NCBI RefSeq assembly: GCF_001194135.2
Contig: NC_068981.1
Coordinates: 103,402,448-103,441,085, forward strand
Source of the DNA: Octopus bimaculoides
Lineage: Eukaryota
Reading direction: 5' to 3'
Length of the DNA stretch: 38,638 nucleotides
The position numbers and the translations under genes were made by a program. Shown piece after piece: positions 33,686-38,638 of this stretch (position 1 is its first letter; each line of letters starts with the position of its first letter). Below the pieces are notes generated by a model, which was not told where the DNA came from, ran no database searches, and was given only the letters and a program-made list of their open reading frames with translations.

Positions 33686-33800
33686 GTTCATCCTTTCGGG
33701 GTCAGTAAAATAAGTAACATTTGAACACTGGGGTCGATGTAATCGACTTACTTCCTCTCCCAAAAATTGCTGGCCTTGTGCCTAAATTTCAAACCAATAT
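33686..33800 (+). mobile_element. SINE family D, 3' half
   Basis: TTCATCCTTTCGGGGTCAGTAAAATAAG...CTGGGGTCGATGTAATCGACTTA...GGCCTTGTGCCTAAATTTCAAACC. Confidence 0.85.
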
Positions 33801-33812
33801 TTTCTTTACGTC

Positions 33813-34025
33813 TAGGGTGGCGAGCTAGCAGAATCGTTAGCACGCCGGGCAAATTGCTTAACAGTGTTTCATCCGTTTTTATGTTCTGAGTTGAAATTCC
33901 GCCGATATCGAATTTCTTTCATTCTTTCGGGGTCGATAAAATAAGTATCAGTAGAGCTCCGAGGCCGATGTAATCGACTTACCCACTCCCTCGAAATTGC
34001 TGGCGTTGTGTCAAAATTTTAAACT
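33813..34025 (+). mobile_element. SINE family D, full length
   Basis: GGTGGCGAGCTAGCAGAATCGTTAGCACGCCGGGC head through GGCGTTGTGTCAAAATTTTAAAC tail. Confidence 0.9.
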
Positions 34026-34229
34026 TACGCTTTTATCATTATAGCTTTTATTTCATTTTATTTATTTTTCCCCTTGATTCTTATTAGATGCGCTTCACTA
34101 AGCCCTTTCGTGTGCAAAAGCTTCCAAAGCCCCGAAGGGCAATTAAAAGCCGGTGTTTGACTCCAGTTTTATAGCCTTCATCGGCTGATATCAGCTTCGT
34201 TGGTTCTTTCGAATAATGGAGTCAATTGA

Positions 34230-34527
34230 ATTAGTAGAAGAGACCTGACAAATACCGTGCATGCAAGACGGCAGAAACCAAAACTGACCGTCGGAAGCTG
34301 CTGCAGGGCAACGAAGGAGACTCTATGTGGTCGCTAGAACAGCTAGAAATAGCAGTCAAACTCGCACTAACGACACTATTGTCTTAGGGAAAAACATTGG
34401 TTAACGGGGTCTTATGTTCTCTGCACATTGGAAAACAGACAGAATGTTTACGGATGGAATGCCTCTTGATCGTAGGTCAGCTCAAGTAGATCTAGCCTGG
34501 GGCTAAACAACTACAACAGCAACAACT
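34230..34527 (+). mobile_element. AAC-tailed interspersed repeat (family C), best-preserved copy
   Basis: CTCTATGTGGTCGCTAGAACAGCTAGAAATAGCAGTCAAA ... GGAATGCCTCTTGATCGTAGGTCAGCTCAAGTAGATCTAGCCTGGGGCTAAACAACTACAACAGCAACAAC; blocks shared with four other loci in the window. Confidence 0.65.
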
Positions 34528-34969
34528 GTTCAGGCTGGTATTTGTATAAAACAAACTGAAGCGGCGTAGTGGTGACCTATGAATTTTATAAAGAGTGATC
34601 ATCATCCATAAAAGAAGCAATCAAAATATGGAACCAAATGGGAAATGGTAGAGTGATAGGCATCGCTGCACAAGAACGACAACGGCGTCGACGACGACAG
34701 CAACAACAACAACAACAACAAAAACAACAACAGCTGCAGCAGTATTGGCAACAGCAATAACAACAATAAACAAAAAGAATTACTGCTAATATATCCCATG
34801 AGTACGGAAACTACTACCACTTCTATGAGTAGCCTTCATCGTTACATTTCTCGACTACATCGCTACCCCTTCGATTACCACGATCTACATTGCTAACGTC
34901 AACGACACATTTTGTAGAAGCATCACTTCCACCATCCTTAAGAGTAATATTCCCACTACTAAGACTAAT

Positions 34970-35300
34970 ATCATCATCGTCATCATCATCATCATCATCG
35001 TCATCATAGTAGTAGTAGTAGCAGCAGCAGCAGCAGCAGCAGAAGCAGCGGTGGTGGTGTTGGTAGTAGTAGTAGTAGTAGTAGTAGTAGCAGCAGCAGC
35101 AGTAGCAGCAGTGGTGGTGGTGGTAGTAGTAGTAGTAGTAGGAGGAGGAGGAGGAGGAGGAGGAGGAGGAGCAGAAGCAGCAGTGGTGGTGGTGGTGGTG
35201 GTGGTAGTAGTAGTAGTAGTAGCAGTAGCAGCAGCAGCATCAGAAGCAGCAGTTGTGGTGGTGGCATTGATGGTAGTAGTAGTAGTAGTAGTAGTAGTAC
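34970..35300 (+). repeat. Mosaic trinucleotide tract (CAT)n-(TAG)n-(CAG)n-(GGT)n-(GGA)n
   Basis: Read directly; explains ORFs at 34885-35397. Confidence 0.95.
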
Positions 35301-35744
35301 CAGCATCAGCAGTAACAGCTGTGGCTACTACTGCTTTAGCTACTACAGCACCGAATTCACCAGATTTTAATGGATAGAAAATGAGCTGAAATGCCATACA
35401 ACTAGCCTATAATTTGGGGATTCTATACATGTCGGTAAATCATCCACTCTAACTTACACAGCTATTTACTAACCATTTGGTAACCCGGTGAACACAACCA
35501 TCAGTAAACCTGCCTATGCAACCACCTGTAAAGTTTAAACTATATAACATCTCATTAGCTTTGCCTTTGCAACCATCTGTATTCCGATCTTCTCATGTAT
35601 CAGTAACACGTTATATGTAATAATCAGTAAGCTTTGTTCCATCACTATAATTACCGCTATGAACCCCAAAATGACCAGCACTATTAATAACAAACCCTGC
35701 TAACCTCATCAAACCTACCTCAACCATTAACACTGGTGCTGGAA

Positions 35745-36060
35745 CACTGGTCGGTTACGACGACAACGGTTCCAGTTGAACCAATCAGCGGAATAGCCTG
35801 CTCGTGGAATTGACGTGCAAGTGGCTGAGCGCTCTACAGACACGCGTACTCTTAATGTGGATCTCAGGGGGATATAGTATGAAACAGAGTGTGACAAGGC
35901 TGACCGCTTGAGTTACAGGTGCTTCTTATTTCTACCAGCTGAGTGGACCGGTGCAATGTGAAATAAAGTGTCTTGCTCAAGGGTACAATGCGCCGATTTG
36001 AATCGAACTCACGATTTTACGATCATGAGCCGAGTACCACTAAATCACGTGCCTTCACCA
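35745..36060 (-). mobile_element. tRNA-derived SINE family A, full length
   Basis: Reverse complement of the 15259-15562 element. Confidence 0.9.
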
Positions 36061-36473
36061 TTAGTACTACTGTTATTAAACCCATACTGTAAAGCATTTA
36101 AAATGTACTGCACCACCGAAACAATCATGTACCCTTCCACCCAAAGCGACAAACCGACCAAGTCACACAACATCATCAACAAAATCAGAAGCATTCCTAC
36201 CATTCGCCGATTGATGTAACAACGATAGACTCTCTATAAGATCACTTGAGAAAGAACAACACTCTTGAACATTTTCAGAGCATCCGAGTCTGGTGACAAC
36301 TTCGCTAAAAGTACAAAATTCCAGGTAGTGGTGTTAAAGCGGGTGACGTATTAACTGTCCTGTTTAAGAACAGAAACATACCCTCTATCGGACTTTTATG
36401 CAGGATTTCACAAGCAATCTATCTTGAGATTGTTGCACAAGCCCATAGTCCATTTTCTCAAACCACAATTGTT

Positions 36474-36475
<2 letters not shown>

Positions 36476-36521
<46 letters not shown>
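36476..36521 (+). repeat. (CT)n microsatellite
   Basis: Read directly. Confidence 0.95.
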
Positions 36522-36524
<3 letters not shown>

Positions 36525-37194
36525 GTCAGTTTGCGTTGTACTTGTATAAAATCTGTTTTGCGAAGAACTATGCAGAATTTCATCATGGGGGGTGACAGAT
36601 CTTTCTCACACATTTTGCTTGCCTTCTCTCCGCCCATCTGTCTCTGCTCGTACGGAAACTTGATGGATCCAAAGGCACCAGGGGAATCTCATATCCTCAG
36701 AATACATTAGTTTTAGGTTATCATAGTCAACTAATGTGATCTTCACCGATAGAATTTATTTCTAATTCATATTCAATTTTGCTGCCCTTATTTTTGCCTC
36801 TCCAGTAAGCAAGCGATCCTTATCGTTTTACTTGAATGTCTTCCATTAGTTTCATAAGAGAGCATTGGTGTTTCGTGCAACCGCCCAAAAGCATTCCCGT
36901 ACGCGTTCTACTCACTTTTATTTTGGACAGAGTTTTTTTTCTTTCGGGAGCCTTTTACCATCTTTAGTCCTAACACTTACCATCTTCCATCCTTAGAGTA
37001 CCTCTACTGATTTTGGCCAGGGGAGGGGCCGCTAATCGTCAACTTCTAGGCCTGAAAGTTAAGCGTGTCCTTTAACTGACGATTGAGCTGTAGTCAGTAG
37101 AGCGACCAGCAGTGTTGTTGGTTGGTAGTCTCCAAAATTTGCTGTCGGTTCTGCTATTGTCTACCGTTTCTCTTTTTCTAGTTATTTTGCTGGC

Positions 37195-37280
37195 GTAAAT
37201 AGTTGAAGGGCAAAATTGACCTCGACAGGATTTGAACCCAGAACATAATTAAACTCCATAAAGCATTTTATCTAACCCTC
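37195..37280 (-). mobile_element. SINE family D remnant
   Basis: GAAGGGCAAAATTGACCTCGACAGGATTTGAACCCAGAAC resembles GAAAGGCAAAGTCGACCTCGGCGGAATTTGAACTCAGAAC. Confidence 0.65.
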
Positions 37281-37739
37281 AGAATAATTCACACTCTTCC
37301 CTCCTTTAATCGATTAACGCATAAATAATGTTAATAAATAGATCACTCTCCCTCTTCCTCATACCTGTATGCGCTTTCAGATGTTTCTTGCAAAATACAA
37401 TAATTTGTATATCTTTATGGGTATATCTTATGTTTGTATGTAACATGTCATGCAATTTGAACTAATGTATGAGTGGTTTTAATGCAATTCACAGTGTGAC
37501 AGTTTTTATTTCTCATTTTATCGGATTTTTAGACAAGCTTTCAGTCTAATATATTTTATGTACTTTATGCAATAACAGTATCATGAGTTGTAATCATACG
37601 AATTTATGAATTTATCATTTTAGCTAAATGAAGGAGAGAGTAATGTGAACATTCCGGCAGTAATATGATATCATGTCAGGTTACATCTGGGAGTAATATA
37701 AAATCGATTTCAGATTACTGGGAATAGGGATAGCTTGAA

Positions 37740-37980
37740 GTTTTTCCACCGGAGCTATGGTTGAACACAACTGATGAGCTAAAGTCATGTAGTTGTAAAC
37801 AGAACTTGTTAACTACGCTGATAGAAATATCAGCAATAACTCCGTCAAACCACACCTTACCGTCTTAAAATGGAAGGCCACAATGAGCAATGTAATACTA
37901 GATGCACAAAAAGACTAAATGCTCGTTTGATCATAAGTCTGTTGATCAGGGCTGACCAGAATCTGAACAACAATAGCAGC
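37740..37980 (+). mobile_element. AAC-tailed interspersed repeat (family C), degenerate
   Basis: GATAGAAATATCAGCAATAACTCCGTCAAACCACACC and TTTGATCATAAGTCTGTTGATCAGGGCTGACC...AACAACAATAGCAGC are shared with the 34230-34527 copy. Confidence 0.55.
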
Positions 37981-38234
37981 CACTAACTTACACATGAATA
38001 CCATTAAAATAAATAGAAGAAAAAACACCCGTATGGAGTATTCGATCTCAGCGGAGCTTTTCATTTCTATCTCCCGTTATTCAGTATACAAGAATACTCA
38101 ACACTAACTTAATAACAACACGCGCGCGCGCACGCAACGTTTTTATGCACCACACACATACACAAATTATTAGTGTGACAACCTACTGAGCTGTAAAAGA
38201 ATAGCATTTTCCAGAACCTGCAAATTTCTAGAAT

Positions 38235-38500
38235 GGAATAACACAAGGATCCGTCCTTCTAACCAATCTTTTTTTACCCTATGCTTACATAATCTTCCCA
38301 CCTTACAAAACTTTCAAATTTCGGCATAAGCAGAAAACAGCACACTCACATTCTCGTATGATTCTTCAGACAATGTAGCATAGCTACTCTACCTCTTTAC
38401 AGATCGCATACAAACCTCTTACCACAACATCAGACTTAAAGGAACACCTACCAAAATTAACTTCTAGCAACACAAGACACTATCAAATACAACCAGCCAT
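38235..38500 (+). mobile_element. Decayed LINE reverse-transcriptase fragment (GVPQGS to YADD region)
   Basis: GITQGSVL, then after a frameshift FTLCLHNLPTLQNFQISA*AENSTLTFS, aligns with GVPQGSVLSP.LF.LY..DLP......I..YADD.T; the catalytic motif is destroyed. Confidence 0.7.
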
Positions 38501-38603
38501 TACTCTTAACAACATAAGCAAATCACACATCTGTTGTTGTTGTTGTCGCTGTTTGTTTAGCAGCAAGTCTTTTCAGAACTCCTTCCAGTAAGTCTCAACA
38601 CAG

Positions 38604-38638
<35 letters not shown>

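Noticed and set aside
36750-37120. Possible LINE 5' leader or endonuclease start on the minus strand
   Set aside because: No diagnostic motif such as TWNV or GDFN could be recovered in any frame.

Overview
AT-rich, microsatellite-dense animal genomic DNA with four assembly gaps (835-1121, 6229-6238, 16518-16527, 18806-19215). The repeat families and simple-repeat load look like an octopod (Octopus-like) genome; this is inference from pattern recall, not a database match. No host protein-coding gene can be identified with confidence, and almost all ORFs in the track are translations of microsatellites. Supported content: (i) many copies of three tRNA-headed SINE families plus an AAC-tailed repeat family, some nested; (ii) decayed retroelement coding fragments: a Penelope-like (PLE) Cys-linker/GIY-YIG piece, three RTE-type 3' ends with C-terminal zinc fingers, and two LINE reverse-transcriptase remnants; (iii) three small DNA-transposon MITEs with TIRs and TSDs (two hAT-like, one Tc1/mariner-like); (iv) a few candidate small exons. 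The most unusual signal is a set of seven minimal type I hammerhead-ribozyme motifs with very short, often palindromic stem III. One has a complete catalytic core and all three stems (16991-17035) and lies in the spacer of a ~455 bp foldback. Two decayed copies form the arms of a second foldback, and one lies behind a tRNA-like Pol III head. Together with the PLE fragment this suggests a ribozyme-carrying, possibly PLE-mobilised non-autonomous element system. None of this has been tested by folding software, database search or experiment.
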